Part shown: positions 7,849 through 18,879 of the stretch, piece after piece
Position numbering within the stretch: the stretch's first letter is position 1
Layout of the letters: each line of letters opens with the position of its first letter
NCBI GenBank assembly: GCA_041640635.1
Contig: JBEPZX010000006.1
Coordinates: forward strand, 1-64,000
Reading direction: 5' to 3'
DNA: 64,000 nt
From: Aquificaceae bacterium
GTDB taxonomy: Bacteria; Aquificota; Aquificia; Aquificales; Aquificaceae
Notes under the pieces: model-generated
Databases searched by the model: none
What the model saw: the letters and a program-made list of their open reading frames with translations, nothing else
What the model was told of the DNA's origin: nothing
Position numbers and translations under genes: made by a program

Positions 7849-8664
7849 CTAGAACTTTAAAATTCTTCTAAAGAATCTACCAGAGAGCATCAATAAAAAG
7901 ATAAAAACCATGCTTATTACAATTGCACTACCAGGAGGTATATCAAAAGTGGATGCCACAATCACACCTAAGAAGGTAGACGAAAAAGAGAAAAACGCAG
8001 AAAATAGAATAGTTGAAAAGAAAGAATTGGCTACTAACAAAGAAGCCATCGGTGGTATGGATATGAAAGATGTGGAAAGTATGAGTCCCACAGCTTTTAT
8101 AGAGAGTACTATGTTTGCAGAAGCCAAGGCTATTAAGGAATAGTTAATCAAGCTTACAGAAATACCCTTTAGCTTGGCTATCTCTTCGTTAAATAGCAAG
8201 GCAATTACTCTATTATAGTTGATTGCAAAGAATGCCAATGTTAGAAAAGAAACAAAAGCTGCACTTACAAATTCTATATCTGAAACCAACAATATACTAC
8301 CAAAAAGATAAGAAAATATGTTTGTTCCTAGTGTATCCCAAACACTAAGAATTAGTATAGCTAGGGCTACACCAAAAGAATATACAAGCGCTATTAGAGT
8401 ATCTGCCGGTAAGCCTTTCTTCTGTATTAAGTACTCTATAACTAAACCAAGCAGTATGGTATAGATGATTGTAAATGTATAGGGTTCTATCTCTAAAACT
8501 ATGGATATAGCTATACTTCCAAATGCAGCATGTGCCAAGCCAGCACCTAACATGGATAACCTTCTTATAAGTAAATAAACACCTATGACTGAAGATGATA
8601 AACTGATTAGAAAGGCAGTTACAATTCCTTTCCACATAAAAGGGAAAAGCTCAGTGAAGCCCAT
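7849..8664 (-). CDS. znuB: Zn/Mn ABC transporter permease
   Basis: GLAHAAFGSIA and SYLFGSIL motifs of ABC-3 permeases. Confidence 0.85.
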   Translation of the reverse strand: MGFTELFPFMWKGIVTAFLISLSSSVIGVYLLIRRLSMLGAGLAHAAFGSIAISIVLEIEPYTFTIIYTILLGLVIEYLIQKKGLPADTLIALVYSFGVALAILILSVWDTLGTNIFSYLFGSILLVSDIEFVSAAFVSFLTLAFFAINYNRVIALLFNEEIAKLKGISVSLINYSLIALASANIVLSIKAVGLILSTSFISIPPMASLLVANSFFSTILFSAFFSFSSTFLGVIVASTFDIPPGSAIVISMVFIFLLMLSGRFFRRILKF

Positions 8665-9319
8665 AGATTTCCTTTATGATTCCTTTGAAGTTCTCAGTTG
8701 ATGTGACCTGACACGTTTCCATCCCCATACATAAAACTCTATCTGCAATTCTCAAAACAAAACCTATATCGTGAGAGACAATTACTATGGTCTTTTTGCC
8801 CTTAAAATCTTTAAGAATGGTTTCTATGTGTTCTTGAGCATGTATATCTAAACCTGTAGTTGGCTCATCTAAAATTAAAACGTCTGGATTAGTCGAAAGG
8901 GCTAAAGCTAACAGAACTTTCTGTCTTTCGCCTCCTGAAAGCTTAATGAAAGGACGATTTAATAAACCTTCTAAATGAAGGTAAGTTATTGCCCAACCTA
9001 TTTTTTCTCCTTTTGCAAAAGCCCTAAAAATTTCTTGCACACTTCCAGTAAAGAACTTATCCACACTGAGATACTGAGGAACATATCCTATCCTATCCCA
9101 TTCCTTAAAAACTCGTAAATTTTTTCCAAATAGCATTATGTGCCCTAAAGTAGGCCTTAGAAATCCAAGTATTAATTTTAAGAGGGTTGTTTTACCACTA
9201 CCATTTGGTCCCAATACAGCGAAGAGTTCACCTTCATCAACATAAAAGCTTAGATTTTTAATCAAAGGCTCATCCTTTCTGTAGTGAAAGCTCACGTTTT
9301 CTAACCTTATTACTGACAT
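8651..9319 (-). CDS. znuC: Zn/Mn ABC transporter ATPase
   Basis: GPNGSGKTT, IGYVPQ, LSGGERQ, LDEPT, SHD. Confidence 0.88.
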   Translation of the reverse strand: MSVIRLENVSFHYRKDEPLIKNLSFYVDEGELFAVLGPNGSGKTTLLKLILGFLRPTLGHIMLFGKNLRVFKEWDRIGYVPQYLSVDKFFTGSVQEIFRAFAKGEKIGWAITYLHLEGLLNRPFIKLSGGERQKVLLALALSTNPDVLILDEPTTGLDIHAQEHIETILKDFKGKKTIVIVSHDIGFVLRIADRVLCMGMETCQVTSTENFKGIIKEIYGLH

Positions 9320-10158
9320 TGAAGGCCTTTCTTTAAGGATTCTAGATTCCTTTTCATTATACTAAAGTAATCATCATTCGGCTTTTCCGGATATAGGGAA
9401 GTGTTCAGCACAAGCACTTGAGCGTTTACTTCCTTTGCAATTTTCTCAGCTACCTTTTTATCTTGTCCTGGCTCAATAAATATTGCGCTGACTTTTTTGG
9501 TTTTTAATACATCTATTAGTTTTTTTAGCTGTGAAGGCTTTGGCTCTTCTTCCGCGTGCAAGCCTCTAAAACCTGCAGCCTCTAAATTATAGTCTCTAGC
9601 TAAATAACTAGCTGATAAATGTGTTGTTACAATAACCTTAGTTTTGCACTTTGCCAAAGTGCTTTTATATCCATTATCAAGTGCTTTTAGTTCGTTTATA
9701 TATTGTTCAAATCTAGCTTTGTATATATGTTCATTTTGCTTATCTATGTTAATAAGAGCGTTGTATATGTTAGTTACTAAAGCTAAATACGTTCTCGGAG
9801 AGACCCATACGTGAGGATCTGGAATCCCTCTGAACTTTATAAGATCAATATCCTTATAAAGCGGAACAAGTTTTGCTTTATTAACTTGCCTTTCTATTTG
9901 CCTTTCCCATTTTTCCAAGCCAATTAGAAAAACATAATCAGCTTGTTTAAGTTTAACGAGATCTTTCGGTTTTATTTCGTGGTGATGAGGATCTGCTGGT
10001 GTGCTTATTAGAACATCCACTTGATGAATACCTTCAGTCATATACTTAAGAGGGTAGTAAATAGGATAAGTAGTAGGCATGATTTTTAGCTCTTGGCGTG
10101 CAAATCCCAAAATAGGCATTATTATTCCTAGGAGGAAGGTTATCATATTTATAAGCAT
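9310..10158 (-). CDS. znuA: Zn/Mn ABC transporter periplasmic binding protein
   Basis: DPHHHE, DPHVWVSP and TTH metal-ligand motifs; signal peptide; AAGGAGG RBS. Confidence 0.88.
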   Translation of the reverse strand: MLINMITFLLGIIMPILGFARQELKIMPTTYPIYYPLKYMTEGIHQVDVLISTPADPHHHEIKPKDLVKLKQADYVFLIGLEKWERQIERQVNKAKLVPLYKDIDLIKFRGIPDPHVWVSPRTYLALVTNIYNALINIDKQNEHIYKARFEQYINELKALDNGYKSTLAKCKTKVIVTTHLSASYLARDYNLEAAGFRGLHAEEEPKPSQLKKLIDVLKTKKVSAIFIEPGQDKKVAEKIAKEVNAQVLVLNTSLYPEKPNDDYFSIMKRNLESLKKGLQCQ

Positions 10159-10214
10159 TTTTGCCTCCTTTGCGTATTTAATTTTAACATAGTACTGTAT
10201 TAAACTTAACTAAG

Positions 10215-11351
10215 ATGGAAAAGTTTAAAAAAAGGCTTAAAGTAAAATTTACAAAGAAAAAAATAAAGAAAAGTCTACTGGAACACTACGAAAGAAAGTT
10301 TATAGAGCAGTTTAAATTGCTAACATTTCCGCTTTTTATGCTTCACGTTGCAATATTTGTAGGAACTCTTGGATACATGATAATTTCAGACATATACACA
10401 GGTACGGCAAATTTTATAGACGCTTTTTATATGACTATAATAACAATAGGCACTATAGGTTTTGGGGAAATAGCCCCAGCTACAGATACACCTTTAGGTA
10501 GGATATTTACCTCTTTCTTAGCTCTCTCTGGAATAGGTATATTTACCACTTCTGTTACAGTTGTGATAAGAACCATAGTAAGCGGAAATATAATAGAGCT
10601 ATATAAAATTGTAGTTATGCTAAAAGATATACAGAACTTAAAGAATCACATTATAATATGCGGTTATAATAAGACATCAGCTTGGCTTGCAAGTACACTA
10701 AAAGAGAGAAAACTAAACTTTGTTGTTATCGATGATAGATCATCAGCTCTAGAGTATATGCATAAGCACAATATAAAGTACTTCATATCTGAAGATCCTA
10801 TAAAAAGATCCACATTAGAGTCCTCTAACATAAGAAAAGCTAAGGTCTTGATTGCTAATCTTGAGGATGATGCCAGGAATATAGCATTGATAGTCACAGC
10901 TCGTTTAATAGTACCATCGAAAGAAGAACTTGCTATATACACTTTTGCTTCCACAGATGGAACTGCAGAAAAGATGGAAGAGCTTGGAGCAAATAAAGCC
11001 TTGGTTTCCAACAAAATTCTAGCTACAAGGTTAGCTTCTTACATATTCCATACTGGATCTGGCTATATTGCGGATCTTTTAGATAGGATAGCCTTTGGTG
11101 AAGTGAGCGATGTAGACATTTTAGAGTACAAGGTAGAAGAATCCTCTCCACTCGTAGGTAAAAAGCTTAAAGATATAGACTTACGTAGAATGTACCGTAT
11201 TAGCGTTATAGCAATTAGAAGAAAAGATGGTTACGTAGATATAAACATAACAGGCGATACGCAAATTGAGGAAGGAGATACACTTATAATTTTTGGAAGT
11301 ACAAAGAATTTAAGAAACTTAGAAAAAATATACAAAGAGGTAGTAAAATGA
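10215..11351 (+). CDS. two-TM potassium channel with RCK (TrkA-N/TrkA-C) domains
   Basis: Pore motif TIGTIGFGE, HIIICGY Rossmann start, C-terminal TrkA-C (SPLVGKKLKDIDLRR...VIAIRR). Confidence 0.92.
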   Translation: MEKFKKRLKVKFTKKKIKKSLLEHYERKFIEQFKLLTFPLFMLHVAIFVGTLGYMIISDIYTGTANFIDAFYMTIITIGTIGFGEIAPATDTPLGRIFTSFLALSGIGIFTTSVTVVIRTIVSGNIIELYKIVVMLKDIQNLKNHIIICGYNKTSAWLASTLKERKLNFVVIDDRSSALEYMHKHNIKYFISEDPIKRSTLESSNIRKAKVLIANLEDDARNIALIVTARLIVPSKEELAIYTFASTDGTAEKMEELGANKALVSNKILATRLASYIFHTGSGYIADLLDRIAFGEVSDVDILEYKVEESSPLVGKKLKDIDLRRMYRISVIAIRRKDGYVDINITGDTQIEEGDTLIIFGSTKNLRNLEKIYKEVVK

Positions 11352-11692
11352 AATACAAAAAAATATTGACAGACTTTTTTATGCTCATGGCTTTTACCAC
11401 CACTCTTAGCTTTGTATTTAATCCAAATCCCTACGAGCTCGTAATAGCTACCTTTGCTAACCTATCTGCGACAATTTTAAAGCTAGGGGAGGGAAGAATA
11501 CTTTCTACAGAAATGACAGCTGCGAGTTTTGTTGCAGACGTACATTTATTGCCTGCAACATTCATTTACTTTTGGTTAGGTGATGTCCAAGAAAGTGTAA
11601 GTCTGGCAGTAGGAGCTGTAGCTGCAAACATAGTTTCAATAATTTTAGCAATAATAGAAGCTATACTTGCATCTTTTTACGAAGAAGAGTAA
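11348..11692 (+). CDS. small multi-pass membrane protein (DUF6394-like)
   Basis: ATGA overlap with the channel gene; hydrophobic; YEL...NLSATILKLG...SFVADVHL. Family name recalled, not searched. Confidence 0.6.
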   Translation: MKYKKILTDFFMLMAFTTTLSFVFNPNPYELVIATFANLSATILKLGEGRILSTEMTAASFVADVHLLPATFIYFWLGDVQESVSLAVGAVAANIVSIILAIIEAILASFYEEE

Positions 11693-11770
11693 AAAGTTAC
11701 TTAAATACCTTAAAGCTTGCTGTTTTTTCTCTAAAGCACTTTTTACAATATTATTAATTGATATTAATAC

Positions 11771-11799
11771 TTGACATTAAAATGATCATTAAATAAATT
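11771..11799 (+). promoter_or_regulatory. sigma70-type promoter with a palindrome in the spacer
   Basis: TTGACA-17-TAAATT with AATGATCATT at 11781-11790. Confidence 0.65.
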
Positions 11800-11829
11800 T
11801 ATTTACAAATTATAAAAGGAGGTATTATC

Positions 11830-12333
11830 ATGAGGGAAAAATATAAATTTGCAAATCTCGCTCTTCCGTTATCAATAGTTTTAGGTTTATTTACCATTGG
11901 CACAGCATTTTCAGAAATTGGCAAAAAGGTGGATTATCCTGCAGGCTATAGGAACTGGACCCATGTAAAGTCCATGGTTATTCAGGAAGGACATCCACTT
12001 TACGAATCCTTCGGTGGGATTCACCACATTTATGCAAATGAGAAAGCTCTTAAAGCTTTGAAGGAAGGCAAACCTTTCCCGGATGGTGCGGTACTCGTTT
12101 TTGATTTGCTAGAAGCAAAAGCGGAAAATAACGCTATTGTAGAAGGTAAAAGGAAAGTCGTTGGTGTTATGCAAAAGGATTCTAAGAAGTTTGCTGAAAC
12201 TGGAGGCTGGGGATTCGAAGGTTTTAAAGGTGATTCTAAAGAACGTATAGTCAAAGATCCTATTCAATCATGCTTTAACTGCCACGCAAGTCAGAAGTCC
12301 AACGATTTTGTTTTCACAAAATATAGACGATAG
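11830..12333 (+). CDS. cytochrome P460/c'-beta family periplasmic cytochrome
   Basis: Signal peptide, YRNW, HHIYAN, FPDGAVLV, GGWGF, C-terminal CFNCH heme motif and DFVFT. Confidence 0.88.
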   Translation: MREKYKFANLALPLSIVLGLFTIGTAFSEIGKKVDYPAGYRNWTHVKSMVIQEGHPLYESFGGIHHIYANEKALKALKEGKPFPDGAVLVFDLLEAKAENNAIVEGKRKVVGVMQKDSKKFAETGGWGFEGFKGDSKERIVKDPIQSCFNCHASQKSNDFVFTKYRR

Positions 12334-12351
12334 AATATTTTAAAAGCAATT

Positions 12352-12381
12352 GGAGCACGCTTATTTGCGTGCCCTTTTTTT
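12352..12381 (+). terminator. intrinsic terminator
   Basis: GCACGC-TTATTT-GCGTGC followed by a T7 tract. Confidence 0.7.
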
Positions 12382-12400
12382 AGAATAAAGGGGAAAGAGG

Positions 12401-14269
12401 TTAAACACTTACCTTCTGAGCTTCCTGAGTTTTTAGTTCTTCTTTTTTACAGTCATTTTTAATTTCTACACCATGAAGTTTTAAAACTTCTACAAATTCT
12501 TCACATGATATTGTTTCCTTTTCGAGTAATTTCTTAACCACAGATTTTATAGCATCCGTATGAGCGCTGATGATTGCTTTCGTTTCCTCGTAAGCACTTA
12601 TCAATATTTTCTTAACCTCTTCATCTATGTCCCTAAGGAGATCTTCGCTCACATCAATAGACGTAGTCATTCCACCTAAGAAAGGATTTGCAGTTCTTCT
12701 TATAGCTACTGGACCTACTCTATCGCTCATTCCCCACATAGAGACCATTCTGTAAGCCAAATCTGTTGCTCTTTGTAAGTCATTTTCAGCTCCTGTTGTT
12801 ATACCATCTCTACCATAAAACACCTCTTCTGCAACTCTTCCTCCCATTAAAACCATGATCTTTCCAAGAAGGTCTTGCTTATCGTACATGTGTTTATCAT
12901 CTATAGGAAGCTGCTGTGTAACACCCAAGGCCATACCTCTAGGTATTATAGAGACCTTATGAAGCGCATCAGAACCAGGCACCATAAGACTCATTATTGC
13001 ATGTCCTGCTTCGTGATAGGCTATTTTTTCTTTCTCTCTTGCTGATATTACCATACCTTTACGTTCAAGTCCCATAGTAACTCTATCTATTGCTTCCTCT
13101 ATATCTTCCATCTCTATAAAAGACTTATTTTTCCTAGCAGCTAAGAGTGCGGCTTCGTTAAGTATGTTTTCGAGGTCTGCTCCTGTAAAACCTGGGGTAG
13201 CTCTAGCTACTATCTCCAAGTCCACATTAGGTCCAAGCTTTTTATCTTTGGCGTGTACTTTAAGTATTTGGTATCTTCCATTTATATCTGGTCTTGGTAT
13301 GTATATCTGCCTATCAAACCTACCTGGTCTAAGCAAGGCTGGATCTAAAATGTCTGGTCTGTTGGTTGCCGCTATGATTATTATTCCTTCAGACGTATCA
13401 AAGCCGTCCATCTCAACAAGCAACTGGTTTAACGTCTGCTCTCTTTCGTCATGTCCACCACCCAAGTTTATGGCACCTCTAGACCTTCCTACTGCGTCTA
13501 TTTCGTCTATAAACACTATGCAAGGAGCGTTCTTTTTTGCTGTTTCGAACAAGTCTCTAACTCTTGCAGCTCCAACACCTACAAACATCTCGACAAAATC
13601 TGAACCTGAAACAGATATAAAAGGAACGTGAGCTTCTCCTGCTATTGCCTTTGCTAGAAGCGTTTTACCAACACCGGGTTCACCGTAAAACATTACCCCC
13701 TTTGGAGGTCTCCCACCTAATTTTTGGAACTTTACAGGGTCTTTTAGATACTCTATTATTTCCTTAACTTCTTCTTTTACCTCTTCCATGCCAGCTACAT
13801 CGTCAAGCTTAACCTTTGGTTTTTCATCTATGTAAACTTTAGCTCTACTCTTACCAAAGGAAAAAGCACCTCTGGAAGAACCCCCACCACTACCTATTTG
13901 TCGCATCATATATATCCATATACCTATGAAAAGTAGTATGGGTAACCAAGATATTAAGAAGGTAACAAGCCAGGTATTACCCTCTGGAACTGCAACATCA
14001 ACCTTCACACCCTTTTCTAACATCTTATCCACTATGTTGGAACCTGTAGGTATACCTACTTCCACTTTTTGACCATCTGCTGTAACTGCTACTATAACAT
14101 TATCTTTAATCCTAGCTTCCTTTACCTTACCTTCTTCTACTAACTGTATGAACGTATTTAAAGATGTTTTAACTGCCTTTTCACCTCTATCTCCACTAAA
14201 CATATTAAAAGCTAAAATCATAAAACCTATAATAAGCAACCATATAAACACGTTTTTCATCCAATGCAT
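12401..14269 (-). CDS. ftsH: ATP-dependent zinc metalloprotease FtsH
   Basis: Two TM helices, [24 protein letters not shown]. Confidence 0.98.
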   Translation of the reverse strand: MHWMKNVFIWLLIIGFMILAFNMFSGDRGEKAVKTSLNTFIQLVEEGKVKEARIKDNVIVAVTADGQKVEVGIPTGSNIVDKMLEKGVKVDVAVPEGNTWLVTFLISWLPILLFIGIWIYMMRQIGSGGGSSRGAFSFGKSRAKVYIDEKPKVKLDDVAGMEEVKEEVKEIIEYLKDPVKFQKLGGRPPKGVMFYGEPGVGKTLLAKAIAGEAHVPFISVSGSDFVEMFVGVGAARVRDLFETAKKNAPCIVFIDEIDAVGRSRGAINLGGGHDEREQTLNQLLVEMDGFDTSEGIIIIAATNRPDILDPALLRPGRFDRQIYIPRPDINGRYQILKVHAKDKKLGPNVDLEIVARATPGFTGADLENILNEAALLAARKNKSFIEMEDIEEAIDRVTMGLERKGMVISAREKEKIAYHEAGHAIMSLMVPGSDALHKVSIIPRGMALGVTQQLPIDDKHMYDKQDLLGKIMVLMGGRVAEEVFYGRDGITTGAENDLQRATDLAYRMVSMWGMSDRVGPVAIRRTANPFLGGMTTSIDVSEDLLRDIDEEVKKILISAYEETKAIISAHTDAIKSVVKKLLEKETISCEEFVEVLKLHGVEIKNDCKKEELKTQEAQKVSV

Positions 14270-14285
14270 AGCAACCTCCTTATTC

Positions 14286-15206
14286 TTACTCTAAGATATC
14301 CTGATTGTTAATCTTTTCAAGTGCAAATGATTTTCTTTTAACAATTTCTCTTCTTATTTGCTCTATTTTTTTGAAATTTCTTATGTTATAAAACCTATTG
14401 AGAATAAACCTTTGGTGATCCTCTGATAGCTTTATAAAGGTGTCTCTATCTATGCTTTTGAGATTTTCGCCAATCAGGCTATCCAAGAGTTTTTTCTCCG
14501 ATTTTAAAATCCCTCTCATTCTTAGGACTGTGTCTTCTAAATTTGGGTTTATCATTTTCAACTGTGGCACTACCGTATGCCTTATTCTGTTTCTTGCTAT
14601 GCTCAAATCGTAGTTAGATGAGTCTTCAATCCAAGGGTAACCACACTCTCTTAAGAACTGAACAATTTCTTCACGCTTCACAGTATACAAAGGCCTTACA
14701 ATATCCCCTTCTTTCTCTTCGAACCCTAGGAGTCCCTCTATGCCACAACCACGCGTTATCCACAGGAGTATAGTTTCCAGTAAATCGTTTAGGTGATGAG
14801 CTGTAGCTATTAGGTTGTACCCTTGTTTTTGTTTGATATTTCTTAAGATTTGGTATCTTTTATTTCTAGCCACGAGCTCTATATTGTCTTTTTGTGCCAA
14901 AGCTTTTATATCTATCCTTTCTATATGGATAGGCAAACCTACAGCTTTTGCAAAATCAATACAAAAATTTTCATCTCTGAAAGATTCTTCTCCTCTTAAC
15001 ATATGGTTTACATGAACCAGCAAAATCTCTTTTATCTTTAAAAACTCTTTCAATTCCAATAAACTCATAGTAAGGGCAACAGAATCTGCACCACCGGAGA
15101 AAGCCACAACTATAGAAGCATTGGGAGGGATGAGATTTTTCTCTCTTTGCAGTCTTACAATCTTTCTAGTAACCTTATACTTTGCTTTGCAGTCTTTTTT
15201 TAACAT
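14286..15206 (-). CDS. tilS: tRNA(Ile)-lysidine synthetase (short form)
   Basis: SGGADS PP-loop, HVNHMLR, TAHHLND, RNRIRH; directly upstream of ftsH. Start uncertain. Confidence 0.93.
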   Translation of the reverse strand: MLKKDCKAKYKVTRKIVRLQREKNLIPPNASIVVAFSGGADSVALTMSLLELKEFLKIKEILLVHVNHMLRGEESFRDENFCIDFAKAVGLPIHIERIDIKALAQKDNIELVARNKRYQILRNIKQKQGYNLIATAHHLNDLLETILLWITRGCGIEGLLGFEEKEGDIVRPLYTVKREEIVQFLRECGYPWIEDSSNYDLSIARNRIRHTVVPQLKMINPNLEDTVLRMRGILKSEKKLLDSLIGENLKSIDRDTFIKLSEDHQRFILNRFYNIRNFKKIEQIRREIVKRKSFALEKINNQDILE

Positions 15207-15777
15207 CTTCGTAAAAGTTTACCTCTACACCTCTTTGTTTATAATCCTCAAGAACTTCCAAAGCTTGTTCAAATTTCCCTTCTCTTTCTAAGATATAAAG
15301 GTATACTTCTAACGAGTTAATGTATAGTTTTTCGTTTTTTTTCTTTAGGTCTTCTTTGTAGTCTTCAAACATCTGCAAGTCCATTAGAGCATACTCTTTT
15401 GCTTTTTGCAAGTCCTTTATATTTTGCGCTAGCAAGACCAAGTCGTTGAGTATTAGGTGCGCTTCGTAAGGCGTTCCTTCTTGGTTAAGAGCCTCTAAGT
15501 ATAACCAATGGGCAAAATCGTAATCTTTTTCCAAAAGAGCCATCTGTGCTATCGAACCCAAAAAAGTCCTTTTAGTGTAGAGAGGCTTTTCTATACTGCC
15601 AGAATCAAAGGTTTTAGCTCTAAAGGGAAAGTTTATGTTTTTTATACTTTTTAGTGAAAAGTAATATCTGACCTTTTTTTGCTTGTCGTATGGGATGTTT
15701 TCAAACCAATCCCAAAGGTCTAATGCTTTCAGTAGACCTCCCTTTTCTCTAAATATTCTAAAAACTTTGCCAATCAT
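15175..15777 (-). CDS. hypothetical helical-repeat protein
   Basis: About 200-aa ORF overlapping panD and tilS in the same operon. Confidence 0.6.
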   Translation of the reverse strand: MIGKVFRIFREKGGLLKALDLWDWFENIPYDKQKKVRYYFSLKSIKNINFPFRAKTFDSGSIEKPLYTKRTFLGSIAQMALLEKDYDFAHWLYLEALNQEGTPYEAHLILNDLVLLAQNIKDLQKAKEYALMDLQMFEDYKEDLKKKNEKLYINSLEVYLYILEREGKFEQALEVLEDYKQRGVEVNFYEDVKKRLQSKV

Positions 15778-16150
15778 ACTGAGCAACTATATCTCTTTTT
15801 ACATCAATTATTCTATTTTTCTCATCTACGTATACCAACTGAAGCTTAAATCTATTTAGGTCTTCATCTTTTACGAGCGTGTAAGAGGCGATTATGATTA
15901 TGTCCGTAGGCATACCCATGCGAGCTGCCGCACCATTTAGCCTAACTTCTCCAGATCCTGATGGTGCTGGTATCACATATGTGCTGAAGCGATTCCCATT
16001 GCTTACATTGTAAACTTCTATTTTCTCAAAGGGCAAAAGATTTGCAGCTTCCATTAGGGTTTCATCCAAAGATAAACTTCCTTCGTAATGAAGTTCTGAG
16101 CCTGTTATCCTTGCTCTGTGTATTTTGGATTTCAAAAGAAATCTGTACAT
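15758..16150 (-). CDS. panD: aspartate 1-decarboxylase
   Basis: KSKIHRA, YEGS cleavage site, NGAAAR. Confidence 0.96.
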   Translation of the reverse strand: MYRFLLKSKIHRARITGSELHYEGSLSLDETLMEAANLLPFEKIEVYNVSNGNRFSTYVIPAPSGSGEVRLNGAAARMGMPTDIIIIASYTLVKDEDLNRFKLQLVYVDEKNRIIDVKRDIVAQYDWQSF

Positions 16151-16210
16151 AATTTTAAAAATAATAGAAATATCTTAATTGTGCAATATAATCGGTTTAC
16201 AAAGGCTAGA

Positions 16211-16747
16211 TTAATCGAGTTTTTCTATAACAAACTTATCGTTTGTGTATATGCATATCTCACTCGCAATCTTTAGTGACTCTCTTACAATTTCTTCTGC
16301 AGAAAGATCTGTGTTTCTGTAAAGGGCTAGTGCACTGGCTCTTGCATAATCCCCTCCTGAGCCTATGGCTAAGACTGGCTCATCTGGCTCTATAACGTCT
16401 CCAGTACCAGAAATTAACAGAATTCTCTCTACATCAGCTGTCAAGAGCATAGCTTCTAATCTTCTGAGGTATTTATCCATTCTCCACTCTTTTGCGAGCT
16501 CTACACAAGCTCTGAGTATATTCCCTCTGTACTCTTCAATTTTTGCTTCCAGTCTTTCCATCAAAGCCAATCCGTCCGCTGCTGAACCTGCAAAACCAAT
16601 TAATATGTTTCCATCGTATATCTTTCTTATCTTTTTAGCTTTGTGCTTTATGACAGAGTGTCCAAGTGTCACCTGTCCATCACCACCCATTACCGTTTGA
16701 CCATTTTTTCTAACAACTAGAATAGTTGTTGCTTTTGCTCTCATCAT
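16211..16747 (-). CDS. hslV: ATP-dependent protease peptidase subunit HslV
   Basis: TTI N-terminal Thr, GDGQVT, GFAGS, AIGSGG, ICIYTN. Confidence 0.97.
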   Translation of the reverse strand: MMRAKATTILVVRKNGQTVMGGDGQVTLGHSVIKHKAKKIRKIYDGNILIGFAGSAADGLALMERLEAKIEEYRGNILRACVELAKEWRMDKYLRRLEAMLLTADVERILLISGTGDVIEPDEPVLAIGSGGDYARASALALYRNTDLSAEEIVRESLKIASEICIYTNDKFVIEKLD

Positions 16748-16763
16748 CTACTAAGATTTTATC

Positions 16764-17468
16764 ATGAAGGATTTTATTATCCCCGCAATAGATATAAAGG
16801 ATGGTAAAGTAGTTAGATTATTCAAAGGCGATTTTGAAAGAGTAAAAACATACGACAAAGATCCTGCGGATTTGGCAAAACTCTATCAGTATTTAGGTTT
16901 TAAAAAGTTGCATCTTGTGGATCTTGATGGTGCACTCAAGGGTCGTATTTTGAATCTAGAAGCCATAAGAAAGGTCAGGTCCAACTTCAAGGGTATACTC
17001 CAGGTAGGCGGGGGAATAAGAAGCATAGAAAGCTGCAAAATTTTGGATTCGGAAGGTGTAGATTTGATGGTTGTAGGAACAATTGCAATAAAGAGTCCAG
17101 AAGAGTTTGAAAAAATACTTACAGAGTTTCCCAATAGAGTTGTGCTTTCTGTGGATAGCAAGAGTGGAAAGGTAGCCGTTGGAGGCTGGAAAGAAGATAG
17201 CAAAATAAGTCCAGAAGAATTAGCGAACATGTTTGACGAAAAAGATATATGGGGATATCTGTATACAGATATAGACAGGGACGGAACTCTGGAAGGTGTG
17301 GATATACAAAAATACATGGACTTTAAAAAACACGTAAAAAAGCCGGTGCTTGCTTCTGGAGGAGTAAAAAGTCTTGAAGATGTAAGAGCTTTAATGTGTT
17401 GTGTAAATGGCGTCGTTGTAGGCAAAGCTATATACGAAGGGTATATTGATATACTAAAGCTTGAGTAA
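16764..17468 (+). CDS. hisA: ProFAR isomerase
   Basis: IIPAIDIKDGKVVRL, HLVDLDGA, TDIDRDGTL, ASGGV. Confidence 0.96.
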   Translation: MKDFIIPAIDIKDGKVVRLFKGDFERVKTYDKDPADLAKLYQYLGFKKLHLVDLDGALKGRILNLEAIRKVRSNFKGILQVGGGIRSIESCKILDSEGVDLMVVGTIAIKSPEEFEKILTEFPNRVVLSVDSKSGKVAVGGWKEDSKISPEELANMFDEKDIWGYLYTDIDRDGTLEGVDIQKYMDFKKHVKKPVLASGGVKSLEDVRALMCCVNGVVVGKAIYEGYIDILKLE

Positions 17469-17583
17469 AGTTTTTATCCCTATGAGAAAACTCTAAACTC
17501 TGAATTAAAGGATAGTCTTACATCCAATTAAGATGGAGAGATGCAAAAATAAAGTTGTTATAATTTTCTTAGGAGGTTTATAT

Positions 17584-18786
17584 ATGACACTTATGTCTTA
17601 TGATGAAGCCATAAAGATAGTTTTGGAGAATGTAGAAAAAATTGGCTGGGAAAGGGTAACATTCACGCAAGCTCTGGGCAGGCTTTTGGCGAAGGATGTG
17701 GTTTCTGACGTTGACCTTCCACTGTTTGATAACTCTGCTATGGATGGGTATGCCGTTAGGTATGAAGACCTCAAAGCTCCGGAAACTAAATTAAAGGTAA
17801 TAGGTGAGGTTAGCACTGGAAATGTAGCACATATAAAAGTAGAAAAAGGCACGGCAATAAAGATATTCACTGGTGCTCCCATTCCTCCAGGATGCAATTG
17901 CGTAGTTCCCGTAGAATTTACATCCTTTGATGGAGAATACATAACTGTGAAAGGAGCATTCAAAGAAGGAGCAAATATAAGAAGAAAAGGAGAGGAACTA
18001 AAAAAGGGAGATGTGGTTTTGGAAGCTGGAACTCTTATTAGAGGTTATGAGCTTGGTATTTTAGCTTTTTTAAACAAAGTAGTCGTGGATGTCTACAAAA
18101 AGCCAGTTATTGGAATACTAGCAACGGGTGATGAAATTGTGGATGTAGGAGAACCAATTACACGAGACTCTCAGATAAGAACTTCCAACAATTACACACT
18201 TTATGGACTTGCTTCTAGCTTACCTGTACACGTAGTTAATTTGGGAATAGCTAAGGACGATCCTCAGCAGATAAAGAGTGCATTATCACAAATTTACAAT
18301 TTCGATGTATTCATAACAACTGGTGGCGTATCCATGGGAGACAGAGACTATGTTCAGTATCTGGTAAGAGAAATTGGTATAGATGTTAAGTTTCACAAAT
18401 TAAGAATTAAACCAGCAAAACCAGTCCTGTTTGGAACATACGAGGGTAACAAGCTGTTTTTTGGTCTTCCAGGAAATCCAGTTTCTTGTGCTATGGCATT
18501 TGATCTCTTAGTAAAACCTGCTATTAAAAAAATGGTAGGTATGAAAGGTTACATGCCCAAACCTTTTAAGGCTATTCTCAAGAAGGACTTCAAAAGAAAA
18601 GACGCAGAGAGAAGAGAATTTGTCAGAAGTTATGTAGAATTTGCAGATAAAGCATATTGCACGTATTCAGAAAAGCTACAATCGCATATGTTAAGTTCCT
18701 ATGTTGGAATGAACGCATATATGGTTGTTTACGAAGGTGTAAATGAAATTGCAGCTGGAAGTCAAGTAGATATTATAATAATGTAA
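17584..18786 (+). CDS. moeA: molybdopterin molybdotransferase
   Basis: SAMDGYA, IFTGAP, TGDEI, GGVSMG, GLPGNPVS; AGGAGG RBS before ATG 17584. Confidence 0.96.
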   Translation: MTLMSYDEAIKIVLENVEKIGWERVTFTQALGRLLAKDVVSDVDLPLFDNSAMDGYAVRYEDLKAPETKLKVIGEVSTGNVAHIKVEKGTAIKIFTGAPIPPGCNCVVPVEFTSFDGEYITVKGAFKEGANIRRKGEELKKGDVVLEAGTLIRGYELGILAFLNKVVVDVYKKPVIGILATGDEIVDVGEPITRDSQIRTSNNYTLYGLASSLPVHVVNLGIAKDDPQQIKSALSQIYNFDVFITTGGVSMGDRDYVQYLVREIGIDVKFHKLRIKPAKPVLFGTYEGNKLFFGLPGNPVSCAMAFDLLVKPAIKKMVGMKGYMPKPFKAILKKDFKRKDAERREFVRSYVEFADKAYCTYSEKLQSHMLSSYVGMNAYMVVYEGVNEIAAGSQVDIIIM

Positions 18787-18788
18787 TA

Positions 18789-18872
18789 GCCGGAGTGGCG
18801 GAATTGGCAGACGCAGGGGATTCAAAATCCCCCGGGGACACCCCCGTGCGGGTTCGACTCCCGCCTCCGGCA
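18789..18872 (+). tRNA. tRNA-Leu(CAA), CCA not encoded
   Basis: GCCGGAG/CTCCGGC acceptor stem, anticodon arm GGGGA-TTCAAAA-TCCCC, long variable arm, GTTCGAC T-loop. Confidence 0.95.
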
Positions 18873-18879
18873 TTTAAGT

